From Candidatus Poribacteria bacterium (GTDB lineage Bacteria > Poribacteria > WGA-4E > WGA-3G), in the NCBI GenBank assembly GCA_965200205.1, contig CBDAUI010000002.1, forward strand, positions 520,520 through 584,519: 64,000 bases of DNA, read 5' to 3'. The position numbers and the translations under genes are program-made. This document shows positions 19,916-30,038 of the stretch, piece after piece; position 1 is the stretch's first letter, and every line of letters begins with the position of its first letter. The notes beneath the pieces were generated by a model that saw nothing but the letters and a program-made list of their open reading frames with translations, searched no databases and was not told the origin of the DNA.

Positions 19916-20644
19916 ATGGATAGGAAAGAAAAATTACGTACAATTGTTGAAGGCAGTGTATTTACGGGGATCATCCAGTTTCTGATTCTTGTTTCTGCGA
20001 TCGTTTTTCTCATTGAATCGGATAGAGAACAATTGGAAGCCGACCCTTACAAAACGCACTTTGTTGTATTAGATATAGTCTTTCTGGTACTATTTTCGAT
20101 TGAATACATCTTGCGGGTTTATATCGAACCGAGGAAACGTGATTTCATTTTTAGTTTCTACGGCATCGTTGATTTCGTCGCTATTGTACCGTCTCTGTTT
20201 ATCGTACCGGGGTTTCGCGTGCTTCGGGTGCTCCGGTTCTTGCGGGTCTTCAGGCTCTTCAAGGCGACGCGGTTTATCTTGGCGGTGGATCGGATGACAG
20301 CGGCACTCCGTCAAATCTATCAAGAGATCGTAGCACTCGTGATTTTATCGTTGATGCTGGTCTATCTCTCTGCATGTGGGATTCACTTTTTTGAAAGAAA
20401 TGTCCAGCCTGAAAAATTCGGCTCTATCCTTGACTCCATGTGGTGGGCGGTTGTCACATTAACCACAGTCGGTTATGGGGATGCCTTTCCGGTAACAGCA
20501 GGTGGAAAAGTTTTTACAGCATTTGTTACGCTTATTGGCGTAGGATTAATAGCCATTCCATCTGGGTTATTAGCATCGGCTTTGACAGAAGCGCGTGTTG
20601 AAAGCGAGCAAATAGAAGCAGATGAGGCAGAAAATGAAAAATAA
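19916..20644 (+). CDS. Voltage-gated-type (6TM) potassium channel
   Basis: S4 repeat RVLRVLRFLRVFRLFK, filter TTVGYGD, pore helix SMWWAVV. Confidence 0.92.
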   Translation: MDRKEKLRTIVEGSVFTGIIQFLILVSAIVFLIESDREQLEADPYKTHFVVLDIVFLVLFSIEYILRVYIEPRKRDFIFSFYGIVDFVAIVPSLFIVPGFRVLRVLRFLRVFRLFKATRFILAVDRMTAALRQIYQEIVALVILSLMLVYLSACGIHFFERNVQPEKFGSILDSMWWAVVTLTTVGYGDAFPVTAGGKVFTAFVTLIGVGLIAIPSGLLASALTEARVESEQIEADEAENEK

Positions 20645-21389
20645 AATTGAAATTTCTGGATTAGAGGTGCGCTACGGAGATAAACCTGCGCTGAACAGGG
20701 TCTCTTTCGATATTCATGAGAATGAAATTCTCGGTATCATCGGTCCGGCACAGTCCGGTAAAACAACGCTCCTGAAGGTTATTAACAGAACCCTGGAGTT
20801 CGTACCGGAGGCATCAATGGCTGGCACCGTCAAATTGGACGGAGTAGACATTAGTACGATCGGTGATGTTTACGGTTTACGACGGCGTATCGGCATGGTT
20901 TTACCCTTACCGGTAGGTCTACCGCTTTCTATATATGACAACGTCGCTTTTGCACCCCGGGCAGCCGGTCTACGTTCAAAATCTCAATTGGATGAACTCG
21001 TTGAACGCTGCCTACAGCAAGCCGCACTGTGGGATGAAGTGGAAGACCGTTTGGACACCCTCGGTACGAAGTTATCGGGTGGTCAACAACAGCGTTTAAC
21101 GATTGCGCGTGCCCTTTCACATGAACCAGAAATTCTCTGTCTTGACGAATTTTCGATTGCGATTGATCCGGTTACGACGATGCGGATTGAGGAAGTGCTC
21201 AAAACTTTACAGAAAGAGATGACAATCCTACTCGTCACAAATTTGGTGCAGCAGGCGAAACGATTGGCGACCCGCACCGCGTTTTTTCTCAACGGTGATC
21301 TTATTGAGATTGATTCAACAGATGTAATTTTTTCGGATACACCAACACAACAAGCCACTTATGATTACGTCAATGGCACTTTTGGATAG
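20634..21389 (+). CDS. pstB: Phosphate ABC transporter ATPase, copy 1 (H-loop degenerate)
   Basis: GPAQSGKTT, LSGGQQQR, CLDEFS, VTNL. Start ATG 20634 follows GAGG and overlaps the channel stop. Confidence 0.85.
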   Translation: MKNKIEISGLEVRYGDKPALNRVSFDIHENEILGIIGPAQSGKTTLLKVINRTLEFVPEASMAGTVKLDGVDISTIGDVYGLRRRIGMVLPLPVGLPLSIYDNVAFAPRAAGLRSKSQLDELVERCLQQAALWDEVEDRLDTLGTKLSGGQQQRLTIARALSHEPEILCLDEFSIAIDPVTTMRIEEVLKTLQKEMTILLVTNLVQQAKRLATRTAFFLNGDLIEIDSTDVIFSDTPTQQATYDYVNGTFG

Positions 21390-21392
21390 AAA

Positions 21393-22157
21393 ATGAATTA
21401 TAGTATTGAAGCTGAGAATCTTAACCTCTGGTATGGTGATTTTCAGGCACTTATTGATGTGAACGTTAAAATACCGCACGGTCAGGTCACCTCGCTTATT
21501 GGTCCTTCTGGCTGCGGGAAATCGACGCTGCTTCGCTGTTTTAATCGTGTTAATGAACGCTACGGCAACGTTACGACAGAAGGGAAGATAGAGGTCTTAG
21601 GAAAAAATATCTATGATTCGGATGTCTCCTTGCCGGAACTGAGAAAAGCGGTCGGTATGGTGTTCCAGAGACCGAATCCGTTGCCGATTTCGGTTTACGA
21701 AAATGTCTTGTTCGGATTACGGATCCATTCGCCGATGCGGAGTATCACGAGAACAGATGCAGACGAGATTGTTGAAGAGGCACTCACATCTGTCTTTCTC
21801 TGGCAAGATCTGAAGGATAGATTGAAGACACGGGCGACATCGCTGCAGCTCGAACAACAACAAAAGTTGTGTATCGCACGACTGTTACCGCTTAAGCCGA
21901 AGATCATCCTGATGGACGAACCTTGCTCCGCTTTGGATGCGAAAGGCACGCGGGCAGTCGAAGAACTGATGGAAGTGCTTACGGGGACATATACATTCAT
22001 CATTGTGACACATAACATGGCACAAGCCCGACGTGTTAGTAAAGAGTGTATCTTCATGTTCCTCGGCGAACTTATCGAACATAGAGAGACACAGGCACTC
22101 TTTACAGACCCGCAACACGAAAAAACTTCTGATTATGTCCACATGCGATATGGATAG
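21393..22157 (+). CDS. pstB: Phosphate ABC transporter ATPase, copy 2 (signature degenerate)
   Basis: GPSGCGKST, VGMVFQRPNP, signature LQLEQ, LMDEPCSALD, VTHNM. Confidence 0.88.
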   Translation: MNYSIEAENLNLWYGDFQALIDVNVKIPHGQVTSLIGPSGCGKSTLLRCFNRVNERYGNVTTEGKIEVLGKNIYDSDVSLPELRKAVGMVFQRPNPLPISVYENVLFGLRIHSPMRSITRTDADEIVEEALTSVFLWQDLKDRLKTRATSLQLEQQQKLCIARLLPLKPKIILMDEPCSALDAKGTRAVEELMEVLTGTYTFIIVTHNMAQARRVSKECIFMFLGELIEHRETQALFTDPQHEKTSDYVHMRYG

Positions 22158-22262
22158 GTGGAATTTTTAAGGGCGTTTTGGCGTAAGACCGACGCGTAGC
22201 ATTAGAAACGTCGTTAGTCCCGTTAAATGATAGAATGAACTCTTGCAAAAATTCTTCACGCT

Positions 22263-23114
22263 ATGAATGCCATAATGACTTGCGCGCTGCGAAAACAGAA
22301 ACTCGTTTCGCAGTGTATCACTTTTATTATCCTTGGAATCGTGGGCATTCCTATTTGGAATGTGCTTCAGAAAACGCATGCTGCCGACACCGAGGCAGCG
22401 TCAGCAACGCCTCTAAACACGTTCTCCCCGCTGCTTGACGATCTCTATACTGTGCTCTCGATAAGTTTTGTGGCAATTCTGTTCGGAATTGCGTGTGCAT
22501 TCTACCTACAAGAATGGCTTCCACAGACCAATTGGATCCGGCGTTTTATTGAAAGTGTCGTCGCTATTTTGGGTGGTGTCCCTTCCATTTTCTATGGGAT
22601 CTTGGCAACTGGCGTTTTCTTTAGTTATGCTGGCACACTGAAAACTGTTGGCGTTGTCCGCGTACCTCAGGATACAGCGGACGTGTCGGCGTTGGAACCG
22701 TTGTCTTTTCAGCAGGATGCGCCGGTATTTTATATTCTGGTGTTAACGTTTCTATTGATGGTAACGCCGCTAACAATCAAAACGACGCAAGCCGCACTTC
22801 GCTCAGTGGCAACACCGATCCGTGAGGCTGCTTACGCACTCGGGGCAAGCCACTGGCAAGTACTCAAGAAGCAGGTCATACCGATCGTATTCACGCGGAT
22901 ACTGGCAACCGGATGCCGGGCAATGTCGAGCGCACTCGCAACTGTGGCATTAATTTTCGGTATTTACGTATGGCAATACACAAACGGTCCCGGAGAGATG
23001 GTCAATAGATTCATACTATTTCTAAGTAGCGCACTGTTTCTTAGCATCTTTTCCAGTGTCCTTATAAAGTTGTACGCTTCCACATCCGCTGATCCAACGA
23101 GCCCGACCAGATAA
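22263..23114 (+). CDS. Divergent PstA-like permease
   Basis: YLQEW, GGVPSIFYG, REAAYALGAS. Lacks the GETAP motif. Confidence 0.75.
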   Translation: MNAIMTCALRKQKLVSQCITFIILGIVGIPIWNVLQKTHAADTEAASATPLNTFSPLLDDLYTVLSISFVAILFGIACAFYLQEWLPQTNWIRRFIESVVAILGGVPSIFYGILATGVFFSYAGTLKTVGVVRVPQDTADVSALEPLSFQQDAPVFYILVLTFLLMVTPLTIKTTQAALRSVATPIREAAYALGASHWQVLKKQVIPIVFTRILATGCRAMSSALATVALIFGIYVWQYTNGPGEMVNRFILFLSSALFLSIFSSVLIKLYASTSADPTSPTR

Positions 23115-23133
23115 GTGGAGACGCGAGTTCCAA

Positions 23134-23919
23134 TTGCCTCGCGACACAGAGATGCAAACTGAAAACGTGCAGTCTATATTGAGTGTTCAAAATCTAAGTA
23201 TTTGGTATGGCGACAAACATGTCCTAAGGGACCTCTCTTTCGAGGTTAAACAGAGGCAGGTAACTGCATTCATTGGGCCTACAAATAGTGGTAAAAGTAC
23301 CCTTGTGCGGTGTATCAACCGATTAAACGACTTTACGCCAAGTTTCAGGTCCACCGGTGATATTTTATTTAGGGGTGTCGCCATGGGTGCAGCATCGGAC
23401 GTAACCGCGCTTCGCAAACAGATTGGAATGGTCTTCCGAAAACCGATACCCTTTCGCGGTTCAATCTATGAAAATGTCGCTTATGGTGCTCAGGTTTCAG
23501 GAGTCAACGAATCTACACACCTTGATACAATCGTTGAAGAAAATCTCAGAAAGACTGGACTCTGGAGTGAAGTCGAGAACATTTTAGATGAAACACCGGA
23601 ACAACTCTCTATCGGACAGCAGCAGCTTCTCTGTATCGCACGTGCTTTAGCCGTTGACCCTGAAATCTTGATATTTGATGAACCGTGTGGCGAACTTGAC
23701 CCTATAGAGACTGTTAAGATTGAGACCCTTGTGCGTGAACTGACAAACGATTACACACTTATTTTCGCGACGAACAAGAGACGACAAGCCGCTCGTGTCT
23801 CTGATGTCGCTGGATTCCTTTATTGTGGTGAGTTAGTGGAGTTTGGGGCAACAGAAAAAATTTTTACAAATCCGCAGGACAACAGAACGGAACAGTACGT
23901 AACAGGCAGATTAGGCTAA
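23134..23919 (+). CDS. Third, degenerate PstB-like ATPase (start may be ATG 23152)
   Basis: GPTNSGKST, LSIGQQQ, IFDEPC, ATNK in place of VTH, TEQYVTGRLG end. Confidence 0.8.
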   Translation: MPRDTEMQTENVQSILSVQNLSIWYGDKHVLRDLSFEVKQRQVTAFIGPTNSGKSTLVRCINRLNDFTPSFRSTGDILFRGVAMGAASDVTALRKQIGMVFRKPIPFRGSIYENVAYGAQVSGVNESTHLDTIVEENLRKTGLWSEVENILDETPEQLSIGQQQLLCIARALAVDPEILIFDEPCGELDPIETVKIETLVRELTNDYTLIFATNKRRQAARVSDVAGFLYCGELVEFGATEKIFTNPQDNRTEQYVTGRLG

Positions 23920-23920
23920 T

Positions 23921-24574
23921 ATGTTACAAGCCGAAATTAAAACCCTTCAGTATAAACTCTTGGAAATGGGCGGTCTCGCTGAACAGATGCTACGCCAAGC
24001 GGTTGAATCTGTGCTAACACGAGATGAGACGTTAGCGCGTATCGTCATTGATACGGATGACAAGATTGACGAATTTGAAAACGAGATTGAAACCTTGTGT
24101 ATCCAACTCATCGCGCTCCATCAACCTGTCGCGTTTGAACTCCGATTTTTGACGATGGCACTGAAAATCTCTCGAAATATTGAGAGACTCGCTGATAAAA
24201 GCGTTGCGATCGCGAAACGGAGTCTTGAGCTGCTGCAATATCCGCCTGTCAAACCTTTCGTTGACCTACCGTACGCTGCGCAAGTGATTCAGACCATGGT
24301 GAAGGATGTTTTAGATGCTTTCGTCAATCGGAACGCTGAACTCGCCTTAGAGATTCGGGAGCGTGATAATGAGATTGATCAGATTTATGATAGAATGCTC
24401 CAAGAACTTTTGACTATCTTAGATGAGCATCCGAAACTTATCCAACCCGGTATCAGTCTATTACTCCTTTTCCGACATTTCGAGCGTGTAGGGGACCTCG
24501 CTGCGAATATCAGTGAGGAGGTCTATTACCTCGTCAAAGGCGATGTTATCCGCCATTCGGGGACCGACCTCTAA
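23921..24574 (+). CDS. phoU: Phosphate signalling protein PhoU
   Basis: DDKIDEFE, QPVA.ELR, ERLAD, ERVGDLAANISE. Confidence 0.95.
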   Translation: MLQAEIKTLQYKLLEMGGLAEQMLRQAVESVLTRDETLARIVIDTDDKIDEFENEIETLCIQLIALHQPVAFELRFLTMALKISRNIERLADKSVAIAKRSLELLQYPPVKPFVDLPYAAQVIQTMVKDVLDAFVNRNAELALEIRERDNEIDQIYDRMLQELLTILDEHPKLIQPGISLLLLFRHFERVGDLAANISEEVYYLVKGDVIRHSGTDL

Positions 24575-24613
24575 GCATCTGTCCTATCGCCTGATTGGTT
24601 CGGCGCACCCCCT

Positions 24614-24642
24614 GGTAGGTTCGGTTTGTAACCGAACCTACC
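24614..24642. repeat. GTAG-type REP-like palindrome between convergent genes (possible bidirectional terminator)
   Basis: ggtaggttcggtt-tgt-aaccgaacctacc. Degenerate relative at 51911-51936. Confidence 0.75.
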
Positions 24643-24674
24643 GAGGTGTAAAAGTAATTACGGGTTCCACTATA

Positions 24675-25883
24675 TTAGTTTTCCTCTGGATAAAAATGGT
24701 GAACATCGCGTTGCGGGAACGGGATTTTTATGCCGTAGTCTGCGAATTTATCCCAGATCGCAAAGTGAAGATCGCTGGCGACATCAAAACGCTTAAAGGA
24801 GTCAGGGATCCATGCAAGCAATTCAAAGTCCAGAGAGGAATCGCCGAAACTGACAAAGCGTACAAACGGTGCGGTGATATTTTCCATTGTAGGGGCTGGG
24901 TCTTTAATCACTTCTGGATGCTCATGTGCTGCTTCAATAAGTGCTCTTTTCACGAGTTGTACATCTGAACTATAGGACACCCCTACAGCAACATGAAGGC
25001 GGAACATATGGTTATCGTGCGTGAGGTTGTGAACCGCTTCGGTAACCAATTGAGAGTTAGGAACGATAATTTCCTTTTCATCAAGCGAGGCAATCACAGT
25101 TGAACGTAGGTTGATGCTGCTGACTCTGCCGAATATATTAACGTCCATAATCTCCACTAAATCCCCAATTTTGATAGGACGCTCAAATATTAGAATAAAG
25201 CCTGAAATCAGGTTTGAAGCGATATTCTGCAAACCGAAACCGATACCGATACTCAACCCACCAAAAATTATTGCCAGACTCGTGAAACTCACCCCGACGG
25301 CACTGAGGGCGATAAGGACCCCAATAATGATAAGTGTAAAATGAATAAAGCGGAGTAAGATAAATTGCGTGTGTCTCTCAATTTGAAACGCTTGTAGTAC
25401 CTGCCGTCTTATCACCCATTGGAGATACTTAGAAAAGATAAATATTCCGAAGACGATCACGAAGGCATAAAAGATCCTTGCCACGGTTAAATGATCATCA
25501 TTCTCAAGGGCTTCAATCAATCCCTCTTCTTCAGTGCTGGGTGTCTCAACAGATTTTTTAGTGGGTTGAAACAGCTCCGAGAGCGGATAATGGAAGAGTT
25601 TTCCGAGGAAACCTGTATCAATGTTTGCAATCCTGAAGGCTAGACCAACACCAACGATCATAATAATCAGGAGCAGCAGCGCGAGTAACCTATTCTCAAG
25701 ATTATGTGGCAGCCTGAGTCTATTGAAGAGGCGACGGAACCAACGGTGCAAGGACCCAGCACCTATTAGCACGGCTGCCAGTATTAGGATGAAGATAATA
25801 ATTTGTTTGACTGTTATATCTTCACCAAAGATGGTTAGAGAATTGTCAAGTAAATTATTAATCTGTTGAATCAATTCATCCAT
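24675..25883 (-). CDS. Mechanosensitive channel, MscS/MscK-like
   Basis: GIGFGLQNIASNLISG, ERPIKIGD, IIVPNS, VGVSYSSD, IPFPQRD. Confidence 0.93.
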   Translation of the reverse strand: MDELIQQINNLLDNSLTIFGEDITVKQIIIFILILAAVLIGAGSLHRWFRRLFNRLRLPHNLENRLLALLLLIIMIVGVGLAFRIANIDTGFLGKLFHYPLSELFQPTKKSVETPSTEEEGLIEALENDDHLTVARIFYAFVIVFGIFIFSKYLQWVIRRQVLQAFQIERHTQFILLRFIHFTLIIIGVLIALSAVGVSFTSLAIIFGGLSIGIGFGLQNIASNLISGFILIFERPIKIGDLVEIMDVNIFGRVSSINLRSTVIASLDEKEIIVPNSQLVTEAVHNLTHDNHMFRLHVAVGVSYSSDVQLVKRALIEAAHEHPEVIKDPAPTMENITAPFVRFVSFGDSSLDFELLAWIPDSFKRFDVASDLHFAIWDKFADYGIKIPFPQRDVHHFYPEEN

Positions 25884-25911
25884 TAGGTATTATCTCACTC
25901 ACTTTTAGATA

Positions 25912-26799
25912 TTACTGTGCATTGTTCATCTGCAAATATTGCGGCGGTGGTATTTGTCCATCTTTGGGTATCAATTGCGATTCACCTTTTATATACGCGA
26001 ATTCAATGGTGCCTTCACGGTTAAATCGGTCAAAAATCCGTTCCACGATCAAGGTAGAAGTTTCTTGTCGCTTAACAGCAAGGACCCGGTATCTTAATTT
26101 GGCAACCACTCCGGATGGGATAAACTCAAATCGCACGTAAGGCGATTCACCTGTTTCGGCGCATATATCCGCTGTGATTTCGGCTGCTTGTTCGCACATA
26201 ATCTGCTCAGCACGCGTTATATCGGAACGATATGTCAATCGAATGATGATTTCATCAAGAATATATTTCTCGTCGCGTGTATAATTAATCACGTTCCACC
26301 GAAAGAGATGCTGGTTCGGAATCAAGACGCTGCGTCCAGATTTTTCTTCGCCACCGATAGTGCCACCGACCTGATCCAACTGTGTGTACATAACCGATAT
26401 GTTCCGCACATCACCAATCATTTCACCTAAGATCACACGGTCCCCAATCTTGTAAGGTTTTTTAAGAATAACCAAGAGCCATGCCGCTAAGTTTGTGATC
26501 GGATTTCGGAGCCCCCATCCAAGTAGCGTCACAATGAACGCGAGCGATATCCCGAGCAATCCAAAGGTGTCGGAAAAAAGAAAAATGATAACGGGACCTA
26601 TCGAAAACATGAACACATAACGCCAAATAAAAAAGAATCGGTCGGCATTCTCTGGCTTATAGGCGCGTGCGTCAGTAAACTTCCGCATCTGCGATGTCAA
26701 GCGGAAATAGACGATAACTGTCCCGATTACAACCAGAACCATTGAGACCACAGAGATGTATTTGAAGTTCTGAATTGCGTTCCAAACTTCTAAAAACAT
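25912..26799 (-). CDS. Mechanosensitive channel, MscS family
   Basis: GWGLRNPITN, PYKIGDRV, VLIPN. Start ATG 26799. Confidence 0.88.
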   Translation of the reverse strand: MFLEVWNAIQNFKYISVVSMVLVVIGTVIVYFRLTSQMRKFTDARAYKPENADRFFFIWRYVFMFSIGPVIIFLFSDTFGLLGISLAFIVTLLGWGLRNPITNLAAWLLVILKKPYKIGDRVILGEMIGDVRNISVMYTQLDQVGGTIGGEEKSGRSVLIPNQHLFRWNVINYTRDEKYILDEIIIRLTYRSDITRAEQIMCEQAAEITADICAETGESPYVRFEFIPSGVVAKLRYRVLAVKRQETSTLIVERIFDRFNREGTIEFAYIKGESQLIPKDGQIPPPQYLQMNNAQ

Positions 26800-26801
26800 A
26801 A

Positions 26802-27728
26802 TTAGTCTCCACTGCGTATTGCGGTGTTTACGGGCAATACCGAAGCGTTTTGTGGTAACATTGACGGGTCTTTCCAAGAATAGATAACCTCTGAATGTGC
26901 GTAGCAGAATTCGACATTATCGCTCTCGGAAAACTTGTGGAAGACGATTTTAACAATATCGCTGAGACTTTTCGCTCTATCTACAGGACGGGTTTTGTAG
27001 CGGAGCCGCATCATCACGCCTGCGTCAAACAATTCCGCGCGGATAAATGGTTCTTCGCCAAGTTCTTTAATAACATCTGCTGTAACTTCCTGCGCTGCAC
27101 TTACCAGTATCTGCTCTGCTTCTTCCCAATCGGATTCAAAGGTAATCCGAACAGGCACTTCAACAAGGATGTATTGCTCTTCAAGGGTGTAGTTCGTAAT
27201 CGTCTGTCCGAACAGAATGGCATTTGGAATGAGGATGCCGCGACCGGAACGTTCCTCACTGGACACTGTTCCGCCGACTTGGTTGAGGATAACATGGGTC
27301 AGGGTGATGTCCATGACATCGCCTGTGATGCCGGCGATGATGACGCGATCCCCGATTTTAAAGGGACGTTTCAAGATGAGCATCAGCCATGCTGCGATCC
27401 CGGTGACAGGTGCTTGTAAGGACCAGCCAAGGACCATGCCGAGGAATCCTGCAGAGATACCGAGCGTTTTCAGAGAGCCGCCGAGACTAATAATGCCAAA
27501 AATAGCGATGATAGCCGTCCATACATAGCCCCACACCGCCATGAAATTTTGGGCATTCGTTTCCAAGAGGGCGCGCTGGTAGACATATCGCTTGACGAAA
27601 TATCCTAAAATCGCTTTGAGAATGAGTAAAGTTGCTATTGTGATAATGGCTAAGAGAATTCCCTTAAAAGGTGAATTCACAATAGCGTTGAGTGTAGATC
27701 CCAACCACTCGATGAAATCAAGGAACAT
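26802..27728 (-). CDS. Mechanosensitive channel, MscS family
   Basis: GWSLQAPVTG, PFKIGDRV, ILIPN. Paralogue of 25912-26799 (both have QVGGT..EE.SGR). Confidence 0.88.
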   Translation of the reverse strand: MFLDFIEWLGSTLNAIVNSPFKGILLAIITIATLLILKAILGYFVKRYVYQRALLETNAQNFMAVWGYVWTAIIAIFGIISLGGSLKTLGISAGFLGMVLGWSLQAPVTGIAAWLMLILKRPFKIGDRVIIAGITGDVMDITLTHVILNQVGGTVSSEERSGRGILIPNAILFGQTITNYTLEEQYILVEVPVRITFESDWEEAEQILVSAAQEVTADVIKELGEEPFIRAELFDAGVMMRLRYKTRPVDRAKSLSDIVKIVFHKFSESDNVEFCYAHSEVIYSWKDPSMLPQNASVLPVNTAIRSGD

Positions 27729-27767
27729 TTTGTACCCTTTCTTGCTATCTGTAGCATCAAATAGTTG

Positions 27768-30038
27768 CTAATCGATTAGTATTTGTTCGATTGAATGGAC
27801 GAACAGGACATCGTTTGATCCCTCAAAGGAACGTAATGTTTGCTCCAAGCCGTTGGCATCGAGGTTTTCAGAAGTTAATCCGACGATCGTCAAATCGGCT
27901 TGGTTGGAGCGCAGGGACACCTCATCTTCCAAGGACGCTTTACCTTTGTATGAGACGGAGGTGACATTTTGCATTGAGATGGGCAATCTGCCTTCTTGCA
28001 TGAGGGCTGAGAGTTTATTCGCCTCTTGCTCTGCATCCGTTGAATCAGAGCACACAAAGAGCCGAATTTCAGCGCGTTTCCAATCTGGGTGCCCGACGAT
28101 GATGTACGCCAGCAAAAGCATCATCGGCGCATTGCTCAAGTTGTCCTCTGTTACCCAGACATGTATGGAAGACCTATAACCGAAACGGTAGCCGGTGGAT
28201 CGTAAGATTAAAACATTGAACAGCGAATTCGCGGCAAGCCTTGCGCCTTCCACAACTTCTTCAATCTCATCGGTATTTTCGCGATCAAACTCAAGTAAGA
28301 TACAGTTATTCGGCAATCCAGAGATACCGGGCATTTGTAGTATCTGTGATAAGGCGAGTTGGAATGTTGGAGAGATCATTGAATCGACAAAGATACCTGC
28401 TCGACTGACCTCGGTACGTTTAATCAATCCGTCAACTTTGATACGTGCTTGAATTTCACTGGAAAAGGAGTAATCTCCGCTAAAGAGTCGGATGAAGTGA
28501 CCGAACCCGTGCCGGTGACAGATCCAACGGAGCAGATCGAAATGGCCGAGGCGGCGTTCTCCGAACCGAGTCACTGCAACGATTGATGGGCGCCAACCGC
28601 CTTCGGATGCCATGACCCGACTTTTTTGTAAGGTTGTCTGTAGCCATCGCGTGAGTTGGAACATCGTCCCTTGGAAGATTGCTGCGAGGTCGCGTTGTCC
28701 ACTGTGTCCACGACGGAGACCGAGGTAGGTTATTGTCATAAGTACAATCGAGAGTAAAGCATAGAACGGACTGATCTGCATCATAAATACGCCACACATC
28801 ACCGTTCCTACCAACGAGACATACCAACGGGAATGGAATGTTGGGCGGTAAGACGGGTTACTCGCGAAATGTTCTAAGAAGGAGACCGCGCAGAGCGCGC
28901 CGTAGGTCACCATGAAGAACATTGTTAGAATCTGTGCGATAAAATCCAATTCGCCAATAGCAACGAACACAATCGCGATGATACCGGATAAGCATGTTGC
29001 GTATATCGGTTCATGTGAATCGCCTACACCTTTTTCCATGAGGCGGTTCAACTTAGGAATCGGGAGTACATTATCCCGTGCAAGCATCTGTAGCGTTCTC
29101 GGTGCTACCATAATTGAACCGAGCGTAGAGGAGAGCGCGGCTGCACCTAACCCGATGAAGATGATGGGTCCCCAGAGTGCAATCTTTTCCATGATTAAGT
29201 TATCCGCAGCGAGTGCCTCAGGCGTGGCACTCCCGGCTAATTTAATGGCAACAAGAACATAGACCACCATACCGGCAAGGGTCGCACCAATTGTCCCCAG
29301 TGGTATACTTTTTCGTGGGTCCTTTAGATCCCCTGACAGCCCTAAACCTGCGATCATACCGGTGAAAGCGGGGAAACACGTGGCAAAGACTGTCCAGAAA
29401 CCGTCCGGATCGCTAATGCTGGAGGTGAGGTTCAACCCGCTGGGGCGCATCTCTGCTGGACTTTCACCAAACAGGAACGCAACGATTGAGACAGCAAGAA
29501 TCATGCATACACCCCACAGGACTTGCACCCCCATACCGGCACCTTTTGTGAGCATAAGGATAATGATCAGGACGGTACAAGGGAGAGAGATCCAACGCGG
29601 ATCCAACTCTATAGCACGGTTGATCGCAAGCCATTCATAGACAGGTTGAAAGGCTTCTGCGAATGCGACAATATAAAAAGCGACTGAGATCGCTTGCGAT
29701 ATGTACAATGCGATTCCGATGGTGCCACCGATACTCGCACCGAAGGAGCGGCTGACGATATAATACGCGCCACCACCGGCGACACGACGGTTCGTCGCAA
29801 TCTCGGAGACTGCCAAGACTGTCGGGATCGTCACAAGGTGACCAAGCATGACAACCATCAAGGCACCCCAGAGCCCGACGTGAGCGACAGCATATCCGAA
29901 CCGTAGGAAAAGAATCGCACCGAGAATCGTACTGATTGAGGCGAGGAATACAGGCGCGGTTCCGAAGCCGTGCCCCTGTTGGATATCCTGATCACCGCCA
30001 CTTTCATACCCGAGTTGTTGCGGAGGGGTTGAAGACAT
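27768..30038 (-). CDS. Cation-chloride cotransporter (SLC12/CCC-like) APC-superfamily transporter
   Basis: ILGAILFLR, SEIATN..GGGAYYIVSRSFG, FPAFTG..SGDLKDP.KSIP.GT and a long cytoplasmic C-terminal domain. Confidence 0.85.
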   Translation of the reverse strand: MSSTPPQQLGYESGGDQDIQQGHGFGTAPVFLASISTILGAILFLRFGYAVAHVGLWGALMVVMLGHLVTIPTVLAVSEIATNRRVAGGGAYYIVSRSFGASIGGTIGIALYISQAISVAFYIVAFAEAFQPVYEWLAINRAIELDPRWISLPCTVLIIILMLTKGAGMGVQVLWGVCMILAVSIVAFLFGESPAEMRPSGLNLTSSISDPDGFWTVFATCFPAFTGMIAGLGLSGDLKDPRKSIPLGTIGATLAGMVVYVLVAIKLAGSATPEALAADNLIMEKIALWGPIIFIGLGAAALSSTLGSIMVAPRTLQMLARDNVLPIPKLNRLMEKGVGDSHEPIYATCLSGIIAIVFVAIGELDFIAQILTMFFMVTYGALCAVSFLEHFASNPSYRPTFHSRWYVSLVGTVMCGVFMMQISPFYALLSIVLMTITYLGLRRGHSGQRDLAAIFQGTMFQLTRWLQTTLQKSRVMASEGGWRPSIVAVTRFGERRLGHFDLLRWICHRHGFGHFIRLFSGDYSFSSEIQARIKVDGLIKRTEVSRAGIFVDSMISPTFQLALSQILQMPGISGLPNNCILLEFDRENTDEIEEVVEGARLAANSLFNVLILRSTGYRFGYRSSIHVWVTEDNLSNAPMMLLLAYIIVGHPDWKRAEIRLFVCSDSTDAEQEANKLSALMQEGRLPISMQNVTSVSYKGKASLEDEVSLRSNQADLTIVGLTSENLDANGLEQTLRSFEGSNDVLFVHSIEQILID

